Below, one piece after another: positions 44,849 to 55,308 of a DNA stretch of 64,000 nucleotides. How positions within the stretch are numbered: position 1 is the stretch's first letter; every line of letters begins with the position of its first letter. Source of the stretch: Oligoflexales bacterium (GTDB lineage Bacteria; Bdellovibrionota_B; Oligoflexia; Oligoflexales; JAPPIL01); the NCBI GenBank assembly GCA_965215515.1, contig OZ244057.1:1994514-2058513 (forward strand), written 5' to 3'. The notes under the pieces are model-generated. The model saw nothing but the letters and a program-made list of their open reading frames with translations. It ran no database searches and was not told the DNA's origin. The translations under genes and the position numbers were made by a program.

Positions 44849-46627
44849 ATGCTTAGACCGTGGCTGTTCTCAACATTCGTGTGTTTTTTGATTACAGAGA
44901 AAGCCTATGCTTATTTCGATCCAGGTACAGGCAGTATACTGATTCAGTTGTTACTTGCATTAATCGGAGGTGTAATTGTTTTCTATCATAGAATTGTATT
45001 TAAAATAAAAAATATTACCAAAATTATATTACCATCCTCTAAAATTAAGCACATAATATCTTCTCGGCATAGGCATTACTATTTGGCATCCACAATCGGA
45101 GTTTTTGCGGCTCTTTTTTATGCGAGTCACAACGTCTCTTACCTAACTACTGTTAGCTTTCTTTTTAACATGTTTCTTTTTGTTTTAACTAGTGTGTTGT
45201 TTAGTTTATTGTTTCATCTAGCACTAAGGAAGAGAAAAAATAGAGAGCAAATTTTACATGCCATGCTTTTCCTCCTATTATTTTTCTATATGCAACCCCC
45301 TATATATCAATGGTTACAATTTTTATCTACTGTATTTTTATATCCATGGTTATTATTTTTAGTATTATATCTAGGATATAAACTATACAACAACACCCAT
45401 AAAATTATAGTCGTGATTGTAATTGCTTCTTTTCTCCCGACTTACAAGTTGGTCAAAGGAGTTTACATACGTATGCCACAAAAAACGGTAGCCACAACTG
45501 ACAAGCGTATCATTTTTCAACACAAACCCAATGTATATTTCTTTCTTTTTGATTCCTACACTAACGCGCAAGGCATGAAGGTAATCGGACTTGCCCCTCC
45601 TCCACACGACACAAATGTAATATCACAGCGACTGCAGGAAAAAGGCTACACATTATACCCCGATTTTTTTACTAACTTTCAGAGCACGAGATTTGCCCTT
45701 ACTTCCTATATGAGTATGGATGTGATGGTTAGAGATAAGTCCATTTATCATATGACATACTAAAATATGAATGAAATTATAGCAGGGAAAGGGGAAATAT
45801 ATGGCATATTCACTAACAACGGCTACAGTAATTATTTGTTTGCGAGAGAAGCTGCATTTGTTAGTAATAAATGTTTTGTATCTGAATGTATAAACGCAAT
45901 TAGCTCAAATCAACACATGTTATCAGTGTTGTTTGATAATATTTTCTTCACTCTCACTGATAAACGCAACCGTGCTTCACACAATATGCAGAGTAATTTT
46001 TACCGTTATCTGGACTATTTTGTAAAATCACCGAACAATTATTTTGCATTTCTACATTTTCATTCGCCAGGCCACGCAAAATCGTATTCCCTAGCTAAGG
46101 GATTGTGTAATGAAGAAAGAGAAACAGAAAATTATAGGTCTAGATTGATTTACACAAACGAATTAATTTATGATTTAATCAATAAAATAGATAACATAGA
46201 CCCAAATGCCTTGGTTATAATTGCTTCCGACCATGGCCCTTACATCTTTAACGGCTGCTCCCGATCTGCTCCACTAGCAACGAGAGAAGAAGTAGTAGAG
46301 CGACAAGGTGCTTTCTTGGCTATTAAATGGGGTAAAGATTATGATGGCAGGTACGATAAAAACATTAAGAGTTCTGCAAATTTATTCCGCTATATCTTTT
46401 CCCATCTATCTAGAAATGAGAAGCTGTTAGAGAACAGGGCTGATGACGATGCCTACTATCTGCATGGCGACGATATAATTTTGAGCATCGACGATGGAGT
46501 CATCCTGCCACCTGCCAGGTCTAATTCTCGCAGCCGAAATACAACTCCAACCGATAGAAAGCCCCTGGCTGGAGACAGAAACCATACCTCTCTCCAACTT
46601 GGAGGATCTTCTCGCCTTCTTCCATGA
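44849..46627 (+). pseudogene. Sulfatase/LtaS/phosphoethanolamine-transferase-like membrane enzyme interrupted by a single in-frame TAA (two ORFs, 44843-45763 and 45767-46627)
   Basis: Both ORFs are in the same frame and are separated only by TAA at 45761-45763. ORF1 is a multi-TM domain followed by the start of an alkaline-phosphatase-superfamily domain (PNVYFFLFDSYTN). ORF2 carries the rest (LHFHSPGH, VIIASDHGP). The last roughly 45 codons change composition and look non-coding. Confidence 0.6.
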
Positions 46628-46729
46628 CTCAGAAGACAGACACTGGCCATATACAACAACGAAAAAATTACTTGCCTTAGGGCACTCATGTTGCTATGGC
46701 ACGCCGCGGGTTAATTGGTTAGTTGTTTG

Positions 46730-46743
46730 CCGCACATGTGCGG
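46730..46743 (+). promoter_or_regulatory. 14-bp perfect palindrome CCGCACATGTGCGG upstream of the 46764 gene
   Basis: The palindrome lies 7 nt upstream of the AAGGAGGAG SD and about 20 nt from ATG 46764. It could be a hairpin or an operator. Confidence 0.25.
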
Positions 46744-46763
46744 TGTGTATAAGGAGGAGTGGT

Positions 46764-47330
46764 ATGTTGAGGCTACTGCAGGGGTTACTGTTTCTCGCAC
46801 TGCTATCGGGCACTGCGATGGCGGCACGTTCGCTGACCACCCGACAGACGCTGGCGAAAGCGACGGAAATCGTCGCCCAGCACCTGCTGGGAAGACAGGT
46901 TTTATCGGGCAAGCATGGTGCAATCATCACCGCCGTGAAACTACCTACCCCACTCGTGCATAGCTGGCGGGAGACGGTCAGGAACGGGCGGGTAGGTGCA
47001 CCTGCCCACAAACTGCAACTTGAACTGTCGTTGCTCGACGGGCAGGGGCAGGATAGCGGTACACGTCAGCTGGTTGCTTTGGCGGACGTAGAAGACACGA
47101 TGAAAATTGAAATTCATCCCGCCATCGGCGAGGTGGTGGCCATCGACGATGCCCGCGAGCAGGTGGAGTGGCTCGTTGCCCGCACTCTGGAAGTTGACGA
47201 CAGCGGTTGGCGCACCGTGCTGGTGGAAATGGAAGTGGTCAGCAACGGACGCACCCAGCGCAAAGAGGTGCGCGCGGGTACGCCGCACCTTCGGCTCGTG
47301 CATGCCGACGAGCTGTTGTTTCGTGATTGA
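46764..47330 (+). CDS. Hypothetical secreted protein (about 188 aa)
   Basis: ATG 46764 follows the strong SD AAGGAGGAG. The signal peptide reads MLRLLQGLLFLALLSGTAMAA. The upstream 90 codons of the listed ORF look non-coding. Confidence 0.55.
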   Translation: MLRLLQGLLFLALLSGTAMAARSLTTRQTLAKATEIVAQHLLGRQVLSGKHGAIITAVKLPTPLVHSWRETVRNGRVGAPAHKLQLELSLLDGQGQDSGTRQLVALADVEDTMKIEIHPAIGEVVAIDDAREQVEWLVARTLEVDDSGWRTVLVEMEVVSNGRTQRKEVRAGTPHLRLVHADELLFRD

Positions 47331-47339
47331 CTGACACCC

Positions 47340-49088
47340 CTACTGCAACCCGATCGCGAAGTCTCCCCGTTCCTGTGCTGCCGCTTCTGCTTGCCAGTTA
47401 TACGCGCTGCGCAGGTGTTCCGTACTCACCTGCTCTTGCAGTTCGATGTCGGCGATGGTGCGCGCTACCCGTATGGTTTTAATCAGGGCGCGCTTGCTGA
47501 GCTTTTGCAGATAGTTAGCGGTCAGTAACTGGCGAAATGCCGTCGCCGACAAGCCACTAACCGCCAGTAACTTGCGGGCAGGGATAGTGTTGTTGAAACG
47601 CAATCCCAGTGCTGTGTTTCTTTTTTTGCTGAACGCTAAACAGCGCAACACCCGCTCCTGCATCTTCGCGGTCTGATCATCGCAGCCGTGCTTGATAAGA
47701 TCGAAGAGCAGTGTTGTGTCATGTTTGTTTTCGGGCACGTTAAGATGGATATCGATGCGATCTATAATCGGCCCCGACAAACGTCGGCGGTAGGCGATGA
47801 CGCGGGTAAGCGGGCAAGTGCATTTCTTTTTACTGCTCCCCCAGAAGCCGCAGGGACAGTTGTTAGCCGCCGCGATGAGAATAAGCTTGGCACACCAGCG
47901 CACCTTGTTTTTGGCGCGGGAAATGTTGATCTCACCCGTTTCCAGTGGTTCACGTAGCGACTCGATGATGTCACGGCGAAATTCGGGGAACTCGTCCAGA
48001 AACAACACCCCGCCGTGGGCAAGGGCTATATCGCCAGGACGCTCGGCTGTCCCCAACACACCTTGCACACTGGCGGAATGATGCGGAGCACGAAAGGGCG
48101 GTTGCCCCGCCAACAACCTGTCATCGACATTGACGGTGTGCGCGCTGCTGATGCGCAAAGCCTGCAGATGTTCGGTGCTTTCCAACGGGGGCAAAATGCT
48201 CGGCAGACGCATGGCGAACATCGACTTGCCCGTCCCTGGCGGGCCGCTCATGATAAGGCTGTGCCGTCCCACCGCAAGACACAGGGCGGCACGGTAAAGG
48301 TCGGCATCGAGAATCATATCATTGAAGTTGCAAGCCACAGACGAAAATTTTGCGCGTGTTGCTGAAATGTTGAGCGACAGAGTTTTCCCCCCGCCATAAA
48401 GCCATTCCCGCACCTCGCACAGGTGCTCGAAGGCACATATGTCAAGATCAGCGAAACGAGCGTTGTTCAGTTCCCGCAATACCGCGAGGTCAGCGAGATT
48501 TTCCCGCGCAACCACCAAGCCCGTGAAGCCTTCGGCAACCGCGGCAATCGCATAGCCGATAACACCCCGCACTGGTTTTAACTCACCCGCCAAACTCAGC
48601 TCGGCAACGTAGACATAGCGGCTAGCCGCAATCTTTGCCTTGCTCTCGCTGTTGAGTAAGAGCAGGTTGATGGCGATGCCAAGATCGAACTGATCCCCGC
48701 TTTTTTTGACTTCCGCAGGCGTGATGCTCATAATCAGTTTTTTGGGCGGCACATGTACCCCCAAACCTTCCAGTGCCGTGCGTGCCCGCTCCTTGCTGTC
48801 TCGTAGCGACTCGGAAATATTACCGATCATCTGCAAACCCGAAAACCCCCTGACATACTGCGATTCGATCGTCACCACCAACCCGTTCATCCCATCGCAG
48901 ACCGCACTGTGGGTGATGTTCTTCTCCATCTCAACCTCCACATTGACAAAACTACCCACGGGACATTCTGCCGTGAAAAACAAGGGTCTGGCCACTGAGT
49001 TTTGCTCTAACACGTGCCTATTAAAGGGTATTTTTTGCGGGGCCTCTACCATCATGCAAATGCCCCCTGACAAGAGGTATGCGAACAA
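47340..49088 (-). CDS. YifB/ComM-family Mg-chelatase-like AAA+ ATPase
   Basis: SGPPGTGKSM, FRAPHHSAS, GGVLFLDEFPEF and a C-terminal ChlI-like region are present, along with an N-terminal Lon-protease-like subdomain. The exact start is uncertain. Confidence 0.85.
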   Translation of the reverse strand: MFAYLLSGGICMMVEAPQKIPFNRHVLEQNSVARPLFFTAECPVGSFVNVEVEMEKNITHSAVCDGMNGLVVTIESQYVRGFSGLQMIGNISESLRDSKERARTALEGLGVHVPPKKLIMSITPAEVKKSGDQFDLGIAINLLLLNSESKAKIAASRYVYVAELSLAGELKPVRGVIGYAIAAVAEGFTGLVVARENLADLAVLRELNNARFADLDICAFEHLCEVREWLYGGGKTLSLNISATRAKFSSVACNFNDMILDADLYRAALCLAVGRHSLIMSGPPGTGKSMFAMRLPSILPPLESTEHLQALRISSAHTVNVDDRLLAGQPPFRAPHHSASVQGVLGTAERPGDIALAHGGVLFLDEFPEFRRDIIESLREPLETGEINISRAKNKVRWCAKLILIAAANNCPCGFWGSSKKKCTCPLTRVIAYRRRLSGPIIDRIDIHLNVPENKHDTTLLFDLIKHGCDDQTAKMQERVLRCLAFSKKRNTALGLRFNNTIPARKLLAVSGLSATAFRQLLTANYLQKLSKRALIKTIRVARTIADIELQEQVSTEHLRSAYNWQAEAAAQERGDFAIGLQ

Positions 49089-49175
49089 GAGGAAGGCTGG
49101 TCACACTTAAGCCCTCTAACAAAATGAAGACAGTTGTGATAAGATACGCGGAGGGAAGGGTGTGGTGTAGGCAGC

Positions 49176-50306
49176 TTGAGCTTGCACGGAAAGGTGTTCT
49201 TGCCTAAAGCAACCGTCATCGTCATCTATGGGGGACGCTCGCCTGAACATGAAGTGTCATGCCGCAGTGCGCAGTTTATTGCCGCCGAGCTACAGGCGGC
49301 GGGCTACCCGCTTCGTATCATCGGCATCTCTACCGCGGACACCTGGCACTTGCAGGATAACGAGGTTTTCGCACAGCAGGCAACAGTGCATGAGGGCGAG
49401 ACGATCACCTGCGGATTCTATCCCCAGACACAGAATTTTTTCGCCGCCATCGATGTCGATTACCCACACGCAGAAGTCATCGTGTGGCCAGTGATGCATG
49501 GACACAACGGTGAGGACGGCACGTTACAAGGTATGCTGACTCTGAGCGGCGTGCCCTACGTGGGTGCGGATGTCACAGCTTCAGCACTCAGCTTCGACAA
49601 GATCATGACCAAAACACTAGTGCAAGCAGCAGGTATTGCCGTGGTGGAAAACATGGTGCTTACGGCAACGGAGTGGCAGAGCGCACAAGCAGGCTGCTTG
49701 GCACGGATCAAGACAGAGCTGATTTTGCCGCTGTTTGTCAAGCCTTCACGGTCGGGCAGTTCAGTCGGAATCAGCCGTGTCACCGCCCCACAAGAACTGC
49801 AACCAGCTATCACGCAAGCTTTGCGAGGTGACGGGCGAGTGCTGCTGGAACGAGCAGTGGATGCGGTCGAAATCGAGTGCGCAGTAGTCGGTGACCTCAT
49901 CCCCGAATCAGCCGAGTGTCTCGCCGAGGTCAACACCACCTCTGGTTTTTACGATTACCACGCCAAGTATATCGATTTCCGCGAGGTCGATGTCGCTATC
50001 CCCGCTCGCCTCAATGCCCCACGGGTAGAGGAAGTGAGAGGTCTGGCACATCGTATTTTTAAACTGCTGTGTATCAACGGACTCGCCCGCATCGATTTTT
50101 TACACGACAAACAACGCAACCGTATCTACTTCAACGAGGTCAACACCCTACCTGGGTTCACTCGTCTATCACGCTTTCCCCTGATGTGGCAGAGGTCAGG
50201 AGTGAACATGCCCCAACTGCTGAGCAAAATATTGCACACCGCACAGCGGCGTCAGCGTAGGATCACCGCGTGGGAACAGCATTTGTTGCAACAAAAAAGA
50301 GGATAA
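49176..50306 (+). CDS. ddl: D-alanine--D-alanine ligase
   Basis: YGGRSPEHEVSCRSA, HGHNGEDGTLQGML, FVKPSRSGSSVGI and FNEVNTLPGFT are present. Confidence 0.93.
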   Translation: MSLHGKVFLPKATVIVIYGGRSPEHEVSCRSAQFIAAELQAAGYPLRIIGISTADTWHLQDNEVFAQQATVHEGETITCGFYPQTQNFFAAIDVDYPHAEVIVWPVMHGHNGEDGTLQGMLTLSGVPYVGADVTASALSFDKIMTKTLVQAAGIAVVENMVLTATEWQSAQAGCLARIKTELILPLFVKPSRSGSSVGISRVTAPQELQPAITQALRGDGRVLLERAVDAVEIECAVVGDLIPESAECLAEVNTTSGFYDYHAKYIDFREVDVAIPARLNAPRVEEVRGLAHRIFKLLCINGLARIDFLHDKQRNRIYFNEVNTLPGFTRLSRFPLMWQRSGVNMPQLLSKILHTAQRRQRRITAWEQHLLQQKRG

Positions 50307-50310
50307 TCAT

Positions 50311-50991
50311 ATGCAAAATGACGAAGCAACAGTTATCACGCGTCTACCGCCACCGCCTAGCCGTGTTACGGGAAGAGCAAAAGTGCTATCATTAGTAGCA
50401 CTGCTGTTCATGGTGGTAGGCAGTATCGGTCTTGACCAGGCCAGCAAAGTCATGGCGGAACAACAACTGATGGTCTGGCAACACAACGATAACCTGAAGA
50501 TGTACCAAGGGCGACCGCATCGTGTCTGGTCGAACACCCCCACCCCGCCCGCACGCGGTAGCGCTGAGCTGTACCTCTATTTCGGTTTCAACTACGTTCG
50601 CAACCAAGGTGCTGCCTGGGGCATGTTGTCCGACCTGGACGATAAACTGCGCGTGCCGTTTTTCTACGGGATGACAGCATTGGCGGTGTTTATCATTCTC
50701 TTCTACCTGAAGGTGACTCCCTTCGGACACCGTTTCGCACGACTAGCGCTGGCTTTGATTCTGTCGGGAGCACTGGGTAATTTCATCGATCGAGTGCGAG
50801 TCGGTTACGTCATCGACTGGATCGATGTGCGTTGGAACGTCTTCGGCTGGTCATACAGTTTCCCCAATTTCAATGTCGCTGACTCCTGTATAAGTGTGGG
50901 GGTTGTCATGCTACTGATCGATGCCACCCTGCTGGAAATTCTGCGCCGCAAGAAAATCAACACCCGCAACGCGTTGTTGGGAATGAGCTAA
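50311..50991 (+). CDS. lspA: Lipoprotein signal peptidase (signal peptidase II)
   Basis: YVRNQGAAWGML, GALGNFIDRV and FPNFNVADSCISVG are present, with four TM segments. The N-terminal extension is longer than usual. Confidence 0.88.
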   Translation: MQNDEATVITRLPPPPSRVTGRAKVLSLVALLFMVVGSIGLDQASKVMAEQQLMVWQHNDNLKMYQGRPHRVWSNTPTPPARGSAELYLYFGFNYVRNQGAAWGMLSDLDDKLRVPFFYGMTALAVFIILFYLKVTPFGHRFARLALALILSGALGNFIDRVRVGYVIDWIDVRWNVFGWSYSFPNFNVADSCISVGVVMLLIDATLLEILRRKKINTRNALLGMS

Positions 50992-53460
50992 ATGTCACAG
51001 CACCTGCTAAAAAGCTCCACCGTCAAAGTTGCCGAACTGCTCCAGCGAGTAGTGATGGAACTGTCCAACCTACGCCGCGGCGTGATTACTGCCGAGTTTG
51101 TCCTGATGGGGCTGGTCGAACAGAAAGATTCCATCGTCCTGAAAATTTTTGACGAGCTACGGCTTGCCTCCGCCGAATTGCGCCGCAAAATCGTCGATGT
51201 GGCGATGGAACAAGCCAGCACCCTGCCTTCCCTGGAGTTTGAACAGGCAGGTAGCATGCAAGTCACACAAGACGTACAAAACCTATTCACCGCCGCAGAT
51301 CGCGAGCGACACAGCTGCGGCGATGCTTACATCTCCACAGGTGCGGTATTTCTCGCTTGCTTCGATCCCTCCGTCCCCAGCACGGCGCGGCTGTTGCAAG
51401 AAATGGGGCTTGAACAGGAAGCTTGCCGCAAAGCCTGGCTAGAAATTCGCGGGCTGAGCAAAATTACCCAGAAGGATGACGAGTCGCGCCGCGCCCTGCT
51501 TGATCAATACACCACTGACATCACCGCCTTGGCTCGTAAAGGCACACTCGACCCCGTACTCAAACGAGAGCGAGAGATTACCCGCGTCATCGAAATTCTC
51601 TCCCGCCGCAAGAAAAACAACCCCGTGCTTATCGGCGAGCCTGGTGTAGGTAAAACGGTCATCGTGGAAGGCTTGGCACAGCAGATCGCCTCAGGCGACG
51701 TGCCCGAGCACCTGCTGAGCAAACGCATTCTTCTCCTAGAAATCGGCACGTTGATCGCGGGAGCGAAGGTGCAAGGCGAATTCGAAGAACGCCTGAACAA
51801 CCTCAAAGACGAGGTAATTGCCGCCGCGGGTGAAGTTATTTTGTTTATCGATGAACTGCACACGGTGGTCGGTGCAGGACGCACAGGGGGAGGACTCGAT
51901 GCCTCCAACATGCTAAAACCAGCCCTAGCGAAAGGCTTGTTGCAATGTTTGGGAGCGACAACGAGCAAAGAGTACAAGCAATACATCGAGTCAGACAAAG
52001 CACTAGAGAGGAGATTTCAGCCTGTGCGCATCGCCGAGCCGAGCGTAGCACAGACGTTAGCGATTTTGCACGGGTTACGGTCGCGCTACGAAGCACACCA
52101 CCAAATCACCTACGAGGACGAAGCACTGCAAGGAGCGGCAGAGTTGTCGCAACGTTACCTACCCGATCGTTTCTTGCCTGATAAGGCGATCGACCTGATC
52201 GACGAGGCGGGTGCCGCGAAACGTCTGAAAATCGTCTACAATCCGCCCGAATTACGCAAAATGGAAAAAGAACGCAACGATCTGCTCGCCAAAAAAGCAG
52301 AGGCTTTCAACGACAGCGATTTCGAATTAATGTCACGCTACCAGACGAAGATCTCACGCCTAGAAGCAAAGATCAGCAAGGAACGAGAGAAGTTCAACAA
52401 AGAACGCAAGAAGCGCGATACACAAGTTAACAAAGAAGACATCGCCCGTATCGTGCACCGCATGACAGGTATTCCCGTCGCACGCATGGTGGCAGAAGAG
52501 ATTGCCAGACTGAAAGCACTGGAGGAGCGTTTTCGACAACGAGTTATCGGGCAGGAACATGCAATCACTGCCGTCGCCAACGCTATCCGCCGCAATCGTG
52601 CAGGCTTGCGCCGTGTTGAAGCACCGATCGCATCGTTTCTCTTTCTCGGCCCAACGGGGGTAGGGAAGACAGAATTGGCGAAGGCAATTGCCGCGGAGAT
52701 GATGGACAATGAGGCGAACATTATTCGTCTCGACATGTCGGAATACAGCGAACGACATGAGGTAGCCAAGTTGATCGGTTCACCGCCTGGCTACGTCGGT
52801 TACGGCGAAGGCGGACAGCTGACGGAACGTATACGGCATCAGCCCTATGCGGTGGTGTTGTTCGATGAGATTGAAAAGGCACATCCCGATTTACTCAGCA
52901 TCATGCTACAGATTCTCGACGAAGGTTGGCTGACTGACGCGGAGGGCACAAAAGTCAGTTTTCAGAACGCAATCGTTGTCGGCACTTCCAATCTCGGCTC
53001 GGCAATCATGACAGAACAAAAGCGCCCCGTGGGTATCGGAGCGCAATCCTTCAGCCGTGACGATGAGCTGCGGGAAATTATGGCTGAGGTGAAACGCTTT
53101 CTGAAACCAGAATTCATCAATCGTCTTGATGAAATAATAATTTTTAACCGCCTGCGTAACGAAGATTTACGCCAGGTGCTTGATTTACAGATAAAAGACC
53201 TAGCCAAACGCTTGGCTACCAAAGACATCACCTTGAGCCTCGCGAACGCGGTGCAAGATCACATTATCAGTGCGGTCGATACACGCAATTATGGTGCACG
53301 CCCCTTGCAACGTAAGCTACAACAATTGGTGGAAAACAAAATCGCCGTGCTGTTGATGGATGAGAACACCACAGCTAAGCGACAGATCGACGTGGCACTT
53401 GATGGCAAAGAAATAACAGTGCGCTTCGTTCAAGCATCCTCCGCACAAGCACGCAAGTAG
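50992..53460 (+). CDS. Clp/Hsp100 AAA+ chaperone, ClpC-like (short middle domain)
   Basis: Clp_N repeats and two AAA modules (GEPGVGKTV, GPTGVGKTE) are present. The coiled-coil insert of about 65 aa is shorter than the ClpB M-domain. The length is 822 aa. Confidence 0.85.
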   Translation: MSQHLLKSSTVKVAELLQRVVMELSNLRRGVITAEFVLMGLVEQKDSIVLKIFDELRLASAELRRKIVDVAMEQASTLPSLEFEQAGSMQVTQDVQNLFTAADRERHSCGDAYISTGAVFLACFDPSVPSTARLLQEMGLEQEACRKAWLEIRGLSKITQKDDESRRALLDQYTTDITALARKGTLDPVLKREREITRVIEILSRRKKNNPVLIGEPGVGKTVIVEGLAQQIASGDVPEHLLSKRILLLEIGTLIAGAKVQGEFEERLNNLKDEVIAAAGEVILFIDELHTVVGAGRTGGGLDASNMLKPALAKGLLQCLGATTSKEYKQYIESDKALERRFQPVRIAEPSVAQTLAILHGLRSRYEAHHQITYEDEALQGAAELSQRYLPDRFLPDKAIDLIDEAGAAKRLKIVYNPPELRKMEKERNDLLAKKAEAFNDSDFELMSRYQTKISRLEAKISKEREKFNKERKKRDTQVNKEDIARIVHRMTGIPVARMVAEEIARLKALEERFRQRVIGQEHAITAVANAIRRNRAGLRRVEAPIASFLFLGPTGVGKTELAKAIAAEMMDNEANIIRLDMSEYSERHEVAKLIGSPPGYVGYGEGGQLTERIRHQPYAVVLFDEIEKAHPDLLSIMLQILDEGWLTDAEGTKVSFQNAIVVGTSNLGSAIMTEQKRPVGIGAQSFSRDDELREIMAEVKRFLKPEFINRLDEIIIFNRLRNEDLRQVLDLQIKDLAKRLATKDITLSLANAVQDHIISAVDTRNYGARPLQRKLQQLVENKIAVLLMDENTTAKRQIDVALDGKEITVRFVQASSAQARK

Positions 53461-53533
53461 TTACGCACCTCCAGCTGCAAACGTGCCGAGAGATGAAGGT
53501 TGGCACTACGGAACTCAGGACAAACAAAGCCAC

Positions 53534-54877
53534 TTACACGTCGTTGTTGAGCAGTTCGGCGATAAAGCCCGTAGAGCATTCTCCTCTACGGAAAGCTGGG
53601 TGGTTGATAATTTTGCTGTGAAAATTGGTGTTGGTTTTGATCCCTTCGATTTTTATCTCCTGCAGGGCACGGTTCATGCGCGCCAGTGCCTCCTCACGAT
53701 CTTGCCCATGCACGATGAGTTTTGCCAGCATGGAGTCGTAATCGGGCGGGACACGATAACCGTTGTAAATCATGCTATCGATTCTGACCCCAGGCCCGCC
53801 AGGCATGTGGCAGTTGGTGATTGTGCCAGGGCTAGGGACGAAGGTCATCGGGTCTTCAGCGTTGATGCGACATTCGATAGCATGTCCCTGCAGCTGCGTG
53901 CACGATGTAAGCCGTGGTAGTTTTTCTCCTGCGGCAATCTTGATTTGCTCTTTAACCAAGTCGATACCTGTTACCATCTCGGTTACGGGATGTTCGACCT
54001 GAATACGGGTGTTCATCTCAATGAAATAGAATGCCCCGTTTTGGTCGAGTAAAAACTCCACTGTGCCTAGCGATTTGTAACCGCATGCTCGTGCGATTTT
54101 TAGGGCAGCATTGCCCATCCGCAGGCGTAATTTCCTGTTGACCAGCGGGCAAGGTGCTTCCTCAACTATTTTCTGGTGGTGGCGTTGCAGCGAGCAATCA
54201 CGTTCGCCGAGATGAATGGTATTACCGTGTGTGTCTGCCATGATCTGTACTTCGACATGCCGCGGCGAGGTCAAATACTTTTCAATAAATACTTGCGGAT
54301 TGCCAAAGAAAGCCTCTGCTTCGCTCTGTGCCAGCCGAAACCTGTTCTTCAACTGTTCTTCGGAACGCACGATCTTCATGCCTCGTCCGCCTCCACCCGC
54401 CGCGGCCTTGATGATTAGTGGATAACCGATACGCCGCGCCACCTGCAAAGCTTCGCGCTCAGAAGCGACGGGGTCGGCACTACCCTGTAACAGACGTACG
54501 CCCGCGGCCGCCGCGATTTTCTTTGCGGCAATTTTATCGCCTAGCTCTTTTATCTGCTGAGGGGAAGGGCCGATGAATTTTATTTTGTATTGTTCGCAGA
54601 CATGCGCGAACTTGTGGTTCTCGGCCAGAAACCCGTAACCAGGATGAATGGCATCGATGCCACTCACCGCTGCGACACTCATGATTTGCGCGACCGACAG
54701 GTAGCTTTTGCGGCTCGGTGCAGCTCCGACACAATAGCATTCGTCGGCAAGACGGCAGTGCAGAGCATCCCGATCGACCGTTGAACAGATCGCCACCGTG
54801 CCGATACCCAGTTCACGACAGGCACGGATGATGCGCACCGCAATCTCGCCGCGGTTAGCGATAAGAATTTTGTGCAT
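53534..54877 (-). CDS. accC: Acetyl-CoA carboxylase, biotin carboxylase subunit
   Basis: MHKILIANRGEIAVRIIRACRELGI, GGGGRGMKIV and EMNTRIQVEHPVTE are present. Confidence 0.96.
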   Translation of the reverse strand: MHKILIANRGEIAVRIIRACRELGIGTVAICSTVDRDALHCRLADECYCVGAAPSRKSYLSVAQIMSVAAVSGIDAIHPGYGFLAENHKFAHVCEQYKIKFIGPSPQQIKELGDKIAAKKIAAAAGVRLLQGSADPVASEREALQVARRIGYPLIIKAAAGGGGRGMKIVRSEEQLKNRFRLAQSEAEAFFGNPQVFIEKYLTSPRHVEVQIMADTHGNTIHLGERDCSLQRHHQKIVEEAPCPLVNRKLRLRMGNAALKIARACGYKSLGTVEFLLDQNGAFYFIEMNTRIQVEHPVTEMVTGIDLVKEQIKIAAGEKLPRLTSCTQLQGHAIECRINAEDPMTFVPSPGTITNCHMPGGPGVRIDSMIYNGYRVPPDYDSMLAKLIVHGQDREEALARMNRALQEIKIEGIKTNTNFHSKIINHPAFRRGECSTGFIAELLNNDV

Positions 54878-54879
54878 CG

Positions 54880-55308
54880 CTATGTCAGAACGATCAGAGG
54901 CTGATCGAACTCGACTGGCTTGCCGTTCTCAACCAAAATTTCCGCTACCGTGCCAGCACTCTCCGCCTCGATTTCATTCATCAGTTTCATCGCCTCGATG
55001 ATGCACAATACCTCGCCTTTCTTTACCTGCTGTCCGACCGTGACGAACGGTTCAGCTCCTGGCCCTGGTGCACGGTAAAACGTGCCGACAAAGGGTGACG
55101 TGATGGTCTTGCGTGACTCCGTCGGTTTTTTTGCTGTGGGGGGTTGTGCTGCGGGCGTAGCACTGACCGTAACCTCCGCCTCGCCAGCACTGAGCGTGTT
55201 TTGCTTCACGATCCTTATTTTTTGATTGTTGTCGGATACCTCAATCTCGCTGACTCCGTAATTTGCCATCAGCTTCATGATGTGTTCAAGTCGTTTAATG
55301 TCCATCAT
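54880..55308 (-). CDS. accB: Biotin carboxyl carrier protein of acetyl-CoA carboxylase
   Basis: The biotinylation motif [15 protein letters not shown] is present, preceded by a Pro/Ala-rich linker. Confidence 0.93.
   Translation of the reverse strand: MMDIKRLEHIMKLMANYGVSEIEVSDNNQKIRIVKQNTLSAGEAEVTVSATPAAQPPTAKKPTESRKTITSPFVGTFYRAPGPGAEPFVTVGQQVKKGEVLCIIEAMKLMNEIEAESAGTVAEILVENGKPVEFDQPLIVLT

Noticed and set aside
46494-46763. An upstream 90-codon extension of the ORF at 46494-47330.
   Set aside because: A strong SD (AAGGAGGAG) and a signal peptide begin at ATG 46764. The upstream part overlaps the tail of the sulfatase-like ORF and has no coding character.
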